From the NCBI GenBank assembly GCA_965153455.1, contig OZ234494.1, positions 6,944,001 through 7,008,000 of the forward strand: a stretch of 64,000 nucleotides of DNA, read 5' to 3'. The notes below the pieces were generated by a model. The model had not been told where the DNA came from. It did not search any database and saw only the letters and a program-made list of their open reading frames with translations. Positions within the stretch are counted from its first letter, which is position 1; the number at the start of each line of letters is the position of its first letter. Source of the DNA: Sphagnum compactum (Eukaryota). The translations under genes and the position numbers were made by a program. This document shows, piece by piece, positions 12,529 through 24,961 of the stretch.

Positions 12529-15079
12529 CAGTGATTGGGTTAATGAATTACACCCACAATTGTTATTAATGCCATAATAACAAAATAAAATCTCCTTTTA
12601 AATGCAATAGACAATGTCCTTTTTAAAGGTTGTAAGTCCTTCACCTTGCAAAAAGTTCTTATACAAAGGCAAAAAATATGGGAGCCCTTCAAAAGAAATG
12701 TCAACTAAAAAATGAACCTACAACATGAAAGGTTACAATTGAAAATGAAAAGTTGATACATTCATTTACAATATTATTTGTCTAGTAGCAATGGTGGGCT
12801 ATGTTAGGCCAAGTTTGTCATGGTAGACCCATAGAACTCAATTATAATGATAATGGCTCTTGACAACCTAGGTAGGACTTAATTGAGACAAATTGAACTT
12901 AGTCGAACTTGGGTGGACAATAAGGCCTACATCACATTGTGCAAGATATAAAATTTGCTTACAAGTCTTGGTTGACATTCTTTTCAAGAAGCAAGAGGCA
13001 AGGTTTTGGTTGGAGTCAATTCTTCACAAATACAAATAACACTACAGACCAAATCTACAGATTTTTATTTGAAGATTGTCGGTGGGTCTTTCCCTCCTTT
13101 CTATAAAGATGTAGGGACTTCCTTTTGTTTTATAACTTGTTGACAACTTGGCAATTGTAGCAAGCTTATGTGTATTTGCTTTCCTTCAAAATGATTGAAT
13201 CATGATTCTATTTTAAAGGGGTACAAAAATTGTCTCAAAGTATGACACATTCTCTTGATGCCAATTTGGTAAAAGTTGATTTTGTATCCCAACTAGCCCA
13301 TGATGTTTCTTTTGGGGGAAATCATGGGAGTATTGGGCTTATAACAATATAAGCATGCACAATATCTTGGTTGTGTGCACAAAAAATAACATCTTAGTGG
13401 TCCAACTCCAAGTTTTTAAAAAAGATCAATGTTTCATTCAATAGTGGGGTTAGGAGACATGGATAGTTACATTTGTGTGGTTGTTAGATGGTTAAAACAC
13501 AAGTCACTAACAATTGGGTGTAGAGTTAGGCTAATTTTGCAACACATTTCTAGCCCCTATTTTGCATCACATTCCAAGCCAATCATTTATCCATTCAAGA
13601 AAGGTCTACATTCAACACATCACACTTATGTTACTTATGACCGGTGGTGTAAAGATTTGATGGCTTGTAAAGGTTTTCCTACTTGGGTTCTCATATCCAC
13701 CCCAAGGATGCATGCTAAGTTATGTGGTGGGTTTTCTTTCAACCAAATAAATAAGTAAATAAATCATCTAGATTCAAGATTATTATTTAATTTACTATTT
13801 GTTGGGACTCTAAAATTGAAAACACAAAAATGATAGATAAAATTGTAAGGGGTTGCACATGACTACAAGTTGATTTCGAGGGTGACATATAAGTTTTGAA
13901 CTACTATTTCTCCCCCAAAAAGGTACCCAATGAGCCTTCAAAATTCTCAAAAAAAGTTGTCCTTTCCTTTTTGACAAGATGACAAAAACATTTTTGGTTA
14001 TCTTCTTGCTTCTTCCCTCAAAAACAAAAAAAACCCAACAAAGCTAGAAACTTGGATTTCCCTTTCAAGTTTGTTTTGTTTGTTTGTTTGTTTGTTGCTA
14101 GATGTAAGTAACTTCATAGACATTTTACCACTCAAGTTCTAATACAGAGAGTGTGAACATAAATCCATGCCGCACACTTAGACATTTTGTTTGACTTTAA
14201 ATTAGTTTTTTTCTACTTGGTCTAACATTAATCAACATTTAGAAAAGGCGCTTCTTAGTTTACTCAACACAACTATTTGTGAGCATGGATTTTCTAAGCA
14301 ATATTAGGTGAAAAGTGATCACATAAACAACAAGTTAAAACTCAAAACTTTGGATATGCATTGATTTGGATATCATTGTGTGGAAAAAAGTTGGAGGCCA
14401 TGGATCGACCTAACATCTTTGATATTTGGAGTGTTGTGATGGATTGTAGAGTTGTGCCTTCAAACATAGGCATAGGTTTCTTGTTTTCTTGTTTATATAT
14501 TGTAATTTTGTAGGTTTTTCAAATTTTAATATATTATATTTTCATTTTGATATGTAGGTTGTTGAAGAATAAATGGATGTCTTGTTACACATTAATCGAT
14601 TGATTGATGCAACCGTTATATTTATAAAAACTAACCACAATGGGCAAGAAAAAGAAAGGAATTGAGAATGGCTAGTTGGAAGAATTGTGTGTAGCCCAAC
14701 AACACCTTTGATTTTGGTGATGGATTTGTGGGGTAATGGGAATTGTTAGTAATTATTGTCTCCTCAACATCTCAAGTGTTTGGAAAAGATTTTATAAAGG
14801 ATATAATAATATATTGGTGTACAAATATATGTAGAGGGAGGGTGTTGAACAAGCTTGTGTGTAGGTGTGAAGAAAATATATGTTATGTTAATGAAATTGT
14901 TGAATTTGGTGATTTTTGAAAAAAAAAAAATTCTTACTTATCTCAAGTGAAGTACTAGTTATTCAGTATATGCACTTAATAAGGTTTCATAGATTTATGA
15001 AAATCTATAAAAATATGATATAGATATTGGGGAGGAGGAGGAGGAGTAGAGCGGTTGGGGATTGAGACTCGGTACAATT

Positions 15080-17343
15080 ATGGCATCCAAAGAGACTGCG
15101 AAAACTGTAGTAATAGAAGAGGAGAAGAAGCAGCAGGAGGAGGAGGAAGCGGCGAATGCTGTAGGAGGAGGCGGTGATGAGGCAGATGCTCCTCCTCAAA
15201 TACCAGCAGAGGAGGAGCCAGACACGGTAGGCATGTATTCAGTGTGGGCAATACCGCCCGATTACGTTCTGCCCAGTCTCCATTTGGTGATGACACAGCT
15301 GAGCGAGAGGTATGCAGGGCCTCCGTTTCAGCCTCATGTGACAGTGCTGGGTGCACACCCAGTGTTGCGTTCCAAAGCCCAACAGTCGCTCCAACAACTT
15401 TGCGCCACCACTCTCCCTTACACCTTCAAGATCACCGGCGTCACAACTGACCTAAAATTCCACCAGTGTGTTTACCTCACTATGGAACCCACTCAAGAGG
15501 TAGGTCTGTCTGTCTGTCTGTCTGCCTCTACTTCTTCTTCTTCTTTTGGTCTCTTCCCTTTCTTGCCCTTTTTTCTTTTCACCACTTCTCTCTTGCAAGT
15601 CACTCCTTGAAGAACATGTAACCGAAATCATAATGGTTTATGATTTTAGGATTTAGGGTTTAAACCCTAAACCTTGCATCATCATCATCATACTCTGTTG
15701 GGTGATTGTCTCGTCTCTGGGTGTTAGGTTTTCCAGACAAATTTCTATTTGTGTTGTAGGTCATGAATGTCTGAGTTCAATTGTTTTCAGACAAGGAGAA
15801 GTGGGTTAGGTATACCATATGCTCGCCTGGCTGCCTGCACAAACTTGCTTCAGAAGGTATCATACCCCCCTCATGTTTGGAGAAGAGATCACTCTAAAGG
15901 TTAATCCTAAGGGATGGAGAGACACAGAAAGAAATCATGTGTCTGAAGGCCAGTGCATTTGTTTCTCCATTTTCCTTTTGTGTTCCAATTCTTTTTTCTT
16001 CCTTGATTGTCTTGAGTTATGACTAAGTCACTGCTGCTATTCATGATGAAGATGATAGTTTGATACTCTTGTGAGTTATTTGAGTGATTTGATTGCTCAC
16101 ATGAAGGTTATGATTGCACTCCTTCTTGTCATGTTAGTTTTGGTTTTTGCTCCAATTGACACAATGCTTACCTTCATACTGTTGTTTTGGAATTTTCTCT
16201 GCAATCTCACAGATGTGTTTCAAAATGGAATTCCAAGTGTTCTTTGTAGAATTTTCTTCTAGATATGTTTTGTATTTCAATATTCAATGATAGTCTCAAT
16301 GTCCATTCATGTGATCGAGCAGATTCTGACAGAGCAGATAATTCACTAATTGCCAATTGGCCTTCTCTTAGCAAGAAAAGCTGAACCTGAGCATGACTTG
16401 CCTGAAGTATGCTTTGACTCAAATGTTTGTTCTTTTGTGAAACAAGCCAAAAAATTCAGCCAGGTCATGGTGTAAGACAGGGAAAGAATACAAAGAGAAA
16501 AAGAATAACAGATTCTGAATTGATGAGGTTCTTGGTGTGCAGGTTGTAGATGCACATATACAAGCACAAGGCTGTTTTGGTTTTCTGGAGATAGGAGATG
16601 ATACTACCACAATGAGGAAAGGTCAGCTTCCATCCCTTACCGTTTATTCTCCATGCCCACACTTGATTTTTCTTTGCTTTGAAACTTACAGCTTGAAGTG
16701 AAAGAAGAATGAGCATTCTTTCCAATTGCCATATACATGAAAATGGTAAAACCTGATGTGTGAGTAGCCCACCATGTCAAGCACCAATGCAGAGATAAGT
16801 TTTGTTTTCTTTCCAAGAGCATTGTGGAATCCACATCCATAGCTCAAATCTTGTGTATAGCACAGTAGGGTAGAATCTCCCAGAACTTTGCTCTGTGTGG
16901 AAACTATGGAAGCTGAGAATTATGGTCATTGATGCTCAAAGTCATTGTTTGACAATGTATTCACCAATACATAAAACCTTATCAACTAGATAGATCTTCA
17001 GAATTGTGGGGTGCTCATCCAGTCTGCCAGGAATGCTTTGCTTGAGTGGGTTCTCAGAATCATTCTTGATCATGCATATGTATGTCCACATGCTTTGTCT
17101 GAACATGGTGGAGAGTTTTTTTCTGCAGAGTACATGCCTCACATGAGTCTATTGTATGGGCATCTATTGGAGGAGGAGTTGGAGGAAGCCAAGGCCCAAG
17201 TGAAGGCAGAGCATGGGAAACAATTGATCGGCATGCAATTCCAAGTGTCTAGCCTAGGACTTTACTGTACTGATCCTGCAGATGTGCTATGTAAGTCTTG
17301 GAAAATGGTCTGCCAACTTCCTTTGAGAGCACCCAAGAGGTAA
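15080..17343 (+). CDS. Cyclic phosphodiesterase (2H phosphoesterase, plant CPDase family); exons 15080-15499, 16543-16621, 17129-17343
   Basis: YSVWAIPP, F(Q)PHVT and YMPHMSLLYG supply both HxT/S catalytic motifs. GT-AG junctions give a continuous frame (phases 0 and 1). Acidic low-complexity N-terminal extension. Confidence 0.92.
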
Positions 17344-18336
17344 ACAACCAAGGGTGGTGTCAATAGGGTCACTAAAATCTGCATGCACACTTCTGGAAAC
17401 CCTGAAGTGCAAAAGTTCATGAAGAAAAGAAACACGTCATAAAAGGAAGAGTTGGGGGGGTTTTGGGCAAGAATAGTTTGCAATCCTCTCTACCATATAA
17501 AAAAGTAGCTATGTGAGAGCTATACTTATAAGTCAACCCTCATAGTTTGAGGCCTTTTAAGAATGCCTTTGGCAAAGAGCTAATGGAATGACAGAAAATT
17601 AGTTATTTTAGTCATTTATTCATGACAGATAAATGTACTCATATTGATACCTTTCAATATCATTCAAAGACATCTCCAATTGAGAACTGTCTCATGATAA
17701 TGGATGTGTGCATGATTAAAGTGACAGTGGGGCAAAGCTAGACTTGCAGATGTACAATTCCAAGCTGACTGCTGGTCAAGAGTACCACAGGCCTAAATTT
17801 GATTAGGTCAGATGAAGGAATCCGGTAGATTGATTGATCTTCTAAATCCAACATCAACTCAGTTGGGATTCATTCAGAACTTCACCATTACAAGCTGTCT
17901 GATGGTGCACTGGTGGCTGTTCATTCATTCTGGCCCAAAAGTACCAACTCAATTGTAAAGCAGAACCTTGTGGTCTCAAGCTATACATAACATGGGCTTC
18001 TATGCAAAGAACACTCTAACCACCTTATTGCTCATTACCACTGTACCTTTTACATGGTTTTCAGAAAACAAAATTAATTGTGCAGTTGTATCCACAAGGG
18101 CATCTAATCAACAGCACCACAACTACAGGGAATGCAAATCTGGACCAAAGTCACTCAACACACTTTCAGAGACTGTGACCATCGGTACTTGTGATTGCAT
18201 GTAGCCCTCTTGCAACTTAGTATACATCCTCGTGGAAGAATTGATACATTAGTTGCTTTGCCATCTCTCTCCTCCCTACAACAAAAAAAGCCTCTCACCT
18301 CTCAAGCAATCTGTGTAGAACATAATAAATGCACCT

Positions 18337-21300
18337 TTAGTGCCTTCTTGTGAATGAGGGCTGTTGATCCAAGGGGAGGAAATCTTCATTCAGTGCTAAA
18401 TCTACAAAAAGCCCTCTTGATGCCCGATTTGCAGAACTTGCCCGCTCAATAGAAGCCATAATTCGGTTTGCCAGTCTTTGCACAGTCCAAGTACGATGCC
18501 AGGGCGCCATTTGAAGGACCTAAAATGTCATACAGAAAAATCACCATGTTTCATTCAAGCAGAGTATCCAACCATACCAGTTGCCTGGTTACAATTCTAA
18601 TTTGATCACAGACAGTCACCTAAAACGAGCACATTTCAGCACTGAATGTAGCTCTGAGCTTTCCACAAGACGGAAAAATTAATGTGGTCCTTCAACTACC
18701 AACTAAGAGGAAAACATACATTAAATGTATCCACAGTTGCACAGGAAAATTCACAAAAGCACGTCGAAGGAAACCATTGTGTTGCTTCTAGCCAAATCTA
18801 AACAAACATAATAAGAATGAGAGTGGTGCTGCAATGACCCAACTAAGATATGTACCATCTTCTTGGCATTACCTCATCAGAATTAAAGCTTTCCACAATG
18901 ACACCACCTCGACGAGGTACTCCAAGTTCTCGCCAATCCATTTGGAAATAACCAAAGTCCCCAGCTAGCTCCTGAGCCACATGCAGCACTCTGAACTTAG
19001 GAAACAAAGCAAATGAATGCAAATGTTCCTGCAACATTGCTGTCCTCATTTGAAGTAGTGATGACCAAACAGCACAAACACAGCTATTTTGATTTAAGTA
19101 GTTCATAGTAAATCATTGACAAGGACACACTGCAAGAGCACCGAGGATAACAAGACAAACCTTACTCAATGGTGCATTGGCATCACCAATAACACCAAGT
19201 ACATGACCACGGTAGTGTGCAGCTGACCCCTGGCATATCCACAACATGCTGCCTTCAATAAAAAAGAGTGTGACCTGAGACAGTTGGTTTCAATCTGCTG
19301 ACCCATGTTTATCACTGCTTCTGTAGCTCTTTTCTTGACAAACACTCTCTTCTCTAAAAGGAAATCTGATTCTACTCAAAATGATTAAATTTGAAGGAAT
19401 CTGTTAGTTTAGTGGCAACTTTCCTTTCTACCACCGATGCAATATGGAGTGCACAAACCATTAGTGTAGCAGTCACAGTCACCAGTTAATTAGTCCTGCA
19501 GAGGCAGGTCATCTGCAGTTCATCAATTTAAGAGTTACAATAACTATAGTGATCAATTCATTCAAAATAAGTTCAGAAAGAGTTGCATCAAGGAAAAATT
19601 GCATCAGACATATCTATGAGATTGCAGAGAAAAACTCCACAAGAACATGTTCAAGGTAACCTGCTGTCAGTTCCAGGCAAAACAAAACAAACATGACAAG
19701 AATGGCTGCAGTCATAAAATTTTGAATATCCATTCACAAAGTACTAGATCATCACCTTCACCATATTCAGGCAGTGACTAACTGCCATTAATCCCCACTG
19801 ATTCATCAGCTGAGAACAGAATATTACAATCTGCTCAAAATTTCAGGCAACCAACTACACAAAGATTTGTATCCTGGGTTTATCATATTTCTCGAAACAA
19901 TGAGAAGACTCAGTCATGACATGGCTGACTCTCAAGAGGCATAGCTAATCAGATGACTCAACAGTGTTCTTGTTCAAGCTGCAATAAGCTGGTGATGGGT
20001 AAGCTCCATTTCATTGGTTTGTGAGAAGCCATAAGACAAACATACAAACTACAACTTACATCAGAAGATGATTTAAGCATGTGCAACTGACAATTGACTC
20101 TTCAACTTGATACCCAAAGTTGGAGAAATTAGGGTTACAAGGAAGCAGCAAATCATCTACAAACCTTCCTTCTAAGGAAACCTAGAAGAGAAAAAGGAAT
20201 TAATTAAACAATCAACAAGTTGAAAGTATGTGTCAAGAGATGGAAATTAGTTAAACTAGTACCAATTCAGGTACCGGTCTATGAACAGTGATTGACCAAA
20301 AATTAAGAACAAAGTTACCTATCAGCAAACTTCTCCAAGACTGAACTCTGATGTTTCTGAAGTGACAACAAGGTTTGAACATTCTTCCAAAAGCTTTCGT
20401 CACCAGAACCTTCATGTTAGCTCTCAGATCTGGCAGCTTAATATTTGTATAATGAGTCGAGAAATCAAAAGAAAGATTGCCAAAAAAATTCGGATAAGAC
20501 TTGTTATTTGAGAAATCAATGACATCAGATACTTCTGAAGAGCATTTAAGAATCCAACAATTTTTGAAAGGGAAAGCTAACTTTCTTTGGCTTTCTGCAA
20601 CTTGGCAATGCAAAGGTCACTGACCATTGGCAGAGCAGCTCTCTCACATCCAACATAGAGTATTAATTGTTTCCCCAGCCCCAGCCCCAGCCATAAACAT
20701 GCGAAATTGAACAGTATAAGGTGAGAGACTACTTCAATGCCACCACCACCTGGCCTTATCATTCTGGTCAGCCAATCAGAAGCGGTCATGCTTCTTACTA
20801 GGCCTTGTGGAGACCACCGTATCTTGTGCTACAAAAGGAACTCAAGCCCACTATCACACCTTCATACAAAAGATGAACTAACAGCATTGATAAACCTAGG
20901 CTTGATGAGTTTTGTCCAATCCACACAAAATTCATTCAGAACTCTTCCACTAGCTTCTTGTACAACAAATTGATGATGAAATAACTTCTGAATAACTTAG
21001 CACTCCAGGAAACAGTTAAATCAAATCAACAGCTGAAAGCATGTCTAGGTCAGTTGTGGTTACATGACCATTCTAGAAGAAAGAGAACCAATGAGGTTTG
21101 TACCCTTAAATACGATTCAGGGGCATTGGGATTGGAGATACGTGACTTCACAAGATGACTCAAGAATTTCTTAAGTTGGAAAGATTCCTTTCACCAAGGA
21201 AAAAGAAGTTGAGACAAACCTGGCCATGGATTTCAAGCAAAGGGATACCCTCCAGAGTCTGCATCACAAAGTATGCGCCACAGTTAGCTCAGTGGTTTGT

Positions 21301-24237
21301 GTGGTTATTAGCAGGGACTGCTGAGGTTCTGGCATGCACAAGAGGACAACAAATTGATAACTTTGGTCACAGGAAAGGGCAACAATGAAACACTGGAAAG
21401 GTCAGAAGCAGGCAAAAGATATTAATGAGAAAAGTTTTTGAAAAAAAACACTCTTCAAATTTATCTTTCTATTTCCAAACCAAGAAAGGATTTAATGACA
21501 AGGCCAAAAAATATGAAGCCTGAGTAAACCTGCTTTGACACCCAATTGAGGTACTCTTCCCATGACAAATATGGTGCATCACGATCAGGTCTGAGCACTT
21601 CCCAACCATTTTCTATTAACTGCTTCTCCAGCATATTCACAACCTGTCAGATAGCAATGATTAAGTGATCAAGATTGTTGGTAAACCAGTGACTTCTTTA
21701 AAAGAATGCCCATGAAAGCTCACATAAAACATTGAGAAATAAGTAGTTCTGTGTACAAGTCAAACTCACTTCAAGATTGAATTCACGTTCTCCTGCTGCA
21801 CCTGGTTCGCCTTGAGAGTCAATCCAATGACCAGGCACTATGCTGATGATGTCATTCTTCCCTATCTTTTTGGCAGCTCGAAGATACACAGATGTAGGTT
21901 TTGGGTTATCCCTTGGCACCTGAGTGACAACAGTCAGAGTACAAAATTGATTAAGAAAAATCTGTAACAGTTTTACATACCAAAGAGAACAACAAAGCCC
22001 ACTGAAAAGTAAGCAGATTTGGAAGTCATTACCCTTGTGCCAAATGTATGGGACACTTTGAGTGACAATATTCGTACACACAGTGGCAGACTGCTACTCA
22101 ACTTCACCAATCGCCCAAAAATCAGGTTTGATGGTACTTCTGCAATTCCTGTTGCCACCTGCATAGGAAACCTACCCAATTAGCATGAACTAAAATTCAC
22201 CCAAAAAGCATATGAAAGTCTCAAAATAATAATCTGATCCACATTTCCTGGCAAGTAAGAATGAAGGCTGAGTAATCAAGGGAGTTGGAACTCATACAGC
22301 TTTACAGTCATGAGACAGCTTGAAGGCCTTTGTGTACTGTAGACCAACAACTTGTTCCTCAGGATGGAGCACCATTCTCATCTGCTTGACAATGCCATAC
22401 CATATCAACTTCACAAGCTTCCATAAAAGGGAGCTGCAAATAATGACTCTAGTTTCTACAAGATTGACTTGATACAAATGTGCAAGTTTGAACTATCAGG
22501 AACAAAAGACTGATGACAAAAACATTTTGTGTCCATGTGATCCTACTAGACTTGCAGCTTTGAAATTGCAATCCCCTGCAAGGTACAGTCCAAAAAATAA
22601 TCCTTCCTCAAAGCAGAATAATGATCAATTACTGCTTGGATTTGCAGGGAATGAGAAACTCACTGAATCTGACAGCTGCAACCCAAGTTTCAAACTCCAG
22701 CTTGAATGCTTCAAGATACTACCTGGCTCACCCATCTGTACAAATAGACAGCTGGAATGAATGAAGAATGTTACTACATTCTTGAAGAACAGGTAAACCA
22801 ACTGACGGAATGACAGAACTGTATCCCAACACACATTGATGATTTCAATATCATTGTTGTCTTGATATAAGCACTTAATCCAAGGGGGTTGTGCAGCATT
22901 TCTTCTACACTGGTGCTTGCTTACCTCCAAGTTGGCTTGCATAGTGAGCTTTGAAGAGCCAATGGAGAACTTGCACTTGAGTGCCAATGCTGGGACAGGG
23001 AGAAGCTCCAGTACAGGGCGCAGGGCTGCACAGTCCACCATAGATATGTCCCCCTTCAAATCCATCCCATCATGCCCTGCCTCCTTGTACCTGCGAGGGC
23101 CCAGCTAGCCTGAGTGGATACAGAAAGAAACTGACTATCCTACTTTCAGATATAAAAATGCTGAAATGGGAGCCACCCTGCCCCCGAGAGAGAGAGAGAG
23201 AGAGAGAGAGTTGGCCACAGGTTTTGAGACAACTGTTTTCATACATACCAAGCTTCCCAAAGATAGGACTCAAGACCTTGATACGTGCAAAAGGGAAAGT
23301 TCGGATGCTTTGCATATACAACGACTCGTTTTGACATGGTGAGTTGTCTGCTGTTACTTTTTGTTGACTGTGTTGTAACGAGCCCTCGATCTTCATGCCA
23401 GTTTGAAGTGACAGAGGAATCCATTGCCACCGCCACCTTGCATCATCACCTGCAACAACAACAACAGGTCAAAAAAACATGCGCAAAAAAAATCAATTAG
23501 GTTGAGTGTTGTAAACTCTAACCCTTCAGAAGGCAACCCAAAAAACTTCCTCCACCTGTAGGAAGGATGCTGAAAGGACATAATCTAATTTTTGTTGGGC
23601 TTCCTCCCTCCTTGCTGCTACATATCCATCAAGAAGATGTAATGCTCATTATTATCTCCTTACTGAAAGGAGAGGAGGAGGAGGAGAAGGGAGACCTAAT
23701 CCAAGGCAATTTGGAAGTGCAATTGCTCGTTGAATCTTCAACTGCAACCCTGGACCAGTCCTCAATCTTGCTCCTGCCTTCCACCTGTGCTCCTGTTTCA
23801 GATCCAGAAAAGAAGACACAGTGACAGGGGGAGAGAGAGAGAGAGAGAGAGAGATCAGTCAGAGATCAGTCAGCTCAGTCAATGCAGTTTTTCTCTTTTT
23901 TCTCTCTTCACTCTGAGTTATGGATTCATTCATGTAGACGCCTAATTTTGCATCAGATTTCAACCCTTTCTTCCCACAAAAAAACAGGCACTCAATTCAA
24001 TTGACAGAGAGATAGAATCACACTGTGAGGAACAAAGAGAAACACATCATCAAGCTTCACAAAAGCAAACCCCAGCAGCAGCAGCAGCAAAGACAGAGGA
24101 CTCAGACAAAACAAAACACCCACCCGGCCAGGTATCCGTCGGTAGAAAGGAGGAGGAAAGTAGCCGGAATGCGGTTGCAGAAAGCACAAGCCTCCTACAC
24201 AGGCCTCGTTCTCCATCTCATCGTCGTCTGCCGCCAT
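18337..24237 (-). CDS. 13-exon gene (~457 aa): beta-strand-rich N-terminal region plus a C-terminal N-acetylmuramoyl-L-alanine amidase-like (Amidase_3) domain. Exons: 24237-24124, 23792-23696, 23449-23358, ~23104-22925, 22735-22664, 22381-22298, 22158-22078, 21919-21770, 21643-21530, 21258-21220, 19229-19161, 18971-18873, 18519-18337
   Basis: Hand-spliced with GT-AG sites; the introns from exon 4 onward are all phase 0 and the frame stays open. C-terminal part: DIISIVPGHWIDSQGEPGAAGEREFNLE|VVNMLEKQLIENGWEVLRPDRDAPYLSWEEYLNWVSKQ|TLEGIPLLEIHGQ|GSAAHYRGHVLGVIGDANAPLSK|ELAGDFGYFQMDWRELGVPRRGGVIVESFNSDE|VLQMAPWHRTWTVQRLANRIMASIERA. The exon 3/4 junction is uncertain. Confidence 0.8.
20370..20600 (-). 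mobile_element. Fragment of a Penelope-like element reverse transcriptase inside intron 10 of the amidase-like gene
   Basis: CWILKCSSEVSDVI...LSFDFSTHYTNIKLPDLRANMKVLVTKAF resembles the PLE RT pattern WILKNS...FDFSTLYT.I...LK..L..L...F. Short and isolated. Confidence 0.55.
23186..23210. repeat. (GA)n microsatellite; a second one lies at ~23830-23853
   Basis: Read directly; both are intronic. Confidence 0.9.
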
Positions 24238-24961
24238 CGCGACTCCTTTCACGAGACCGCTATTCTCCGAGGCTCTTCCTCAAAAGGACAAACGCGCAAG
24301 CCACAAATCCGGCTCATGCAATCCCCACAACAACAACAACAACAACAAGGGAGAAAGAATGAAGAAGCAACACTTAGTTAGCTACCTAGCTAGGGTTTGT
24401 TGTTACATCTCTCTGGGGTAGGTTCTTGATCACATGACTGGAAACTCTCTGGACTCGGTGGTGGCAGATCCCATAGCAACAGCGGCAGGTCTAGAGAATT
24501 TTGTGCTCAATTTCCCACAGACGTTTAATCTTCTAGCACCAAATCTGTTTTTCCTTTGTGTGCATTTTACATGCCTTTGGGTTGTGGTGTTCTATTTTTA
24601 CTTGGTCATGAAACCGTCAATGATCTGATGATGATGATGTTGTTGATGGTTTCTTCCTCAAACTGTGTCATCAAGTGTGTGATGGAACCTGACATTTTAT
24701 CTTTGCTCCGACTAAGGGTCTCTTTCCATTAGGCTGCTATGATCACAAGTTACACACAAGAGAGCCTAATCGAAAAACCATTGATATAGGGCCTTGTTTC
24801 TTGCCGCACGACAATCGCTCTCCATTGGAAAGCCTTATCTGTATTGGGAAATACACTCCAAAACATGATCTTAAAAGAAAAAAGGGGGCCGGATGGATGT
24901 CATTGTATGGTGAATCACAGTTGGATTCATACATTTGACAACTCTTGCAATTGGTCAATGC

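Noticed and set aside
22078-22158. LysM-like look of exon 7 (…VPSNLIFGRLV…LCVP)
   Set aside because: The N-terminal Y.V..GDTL..IA part of LysM is missing and the resemblance is too short.
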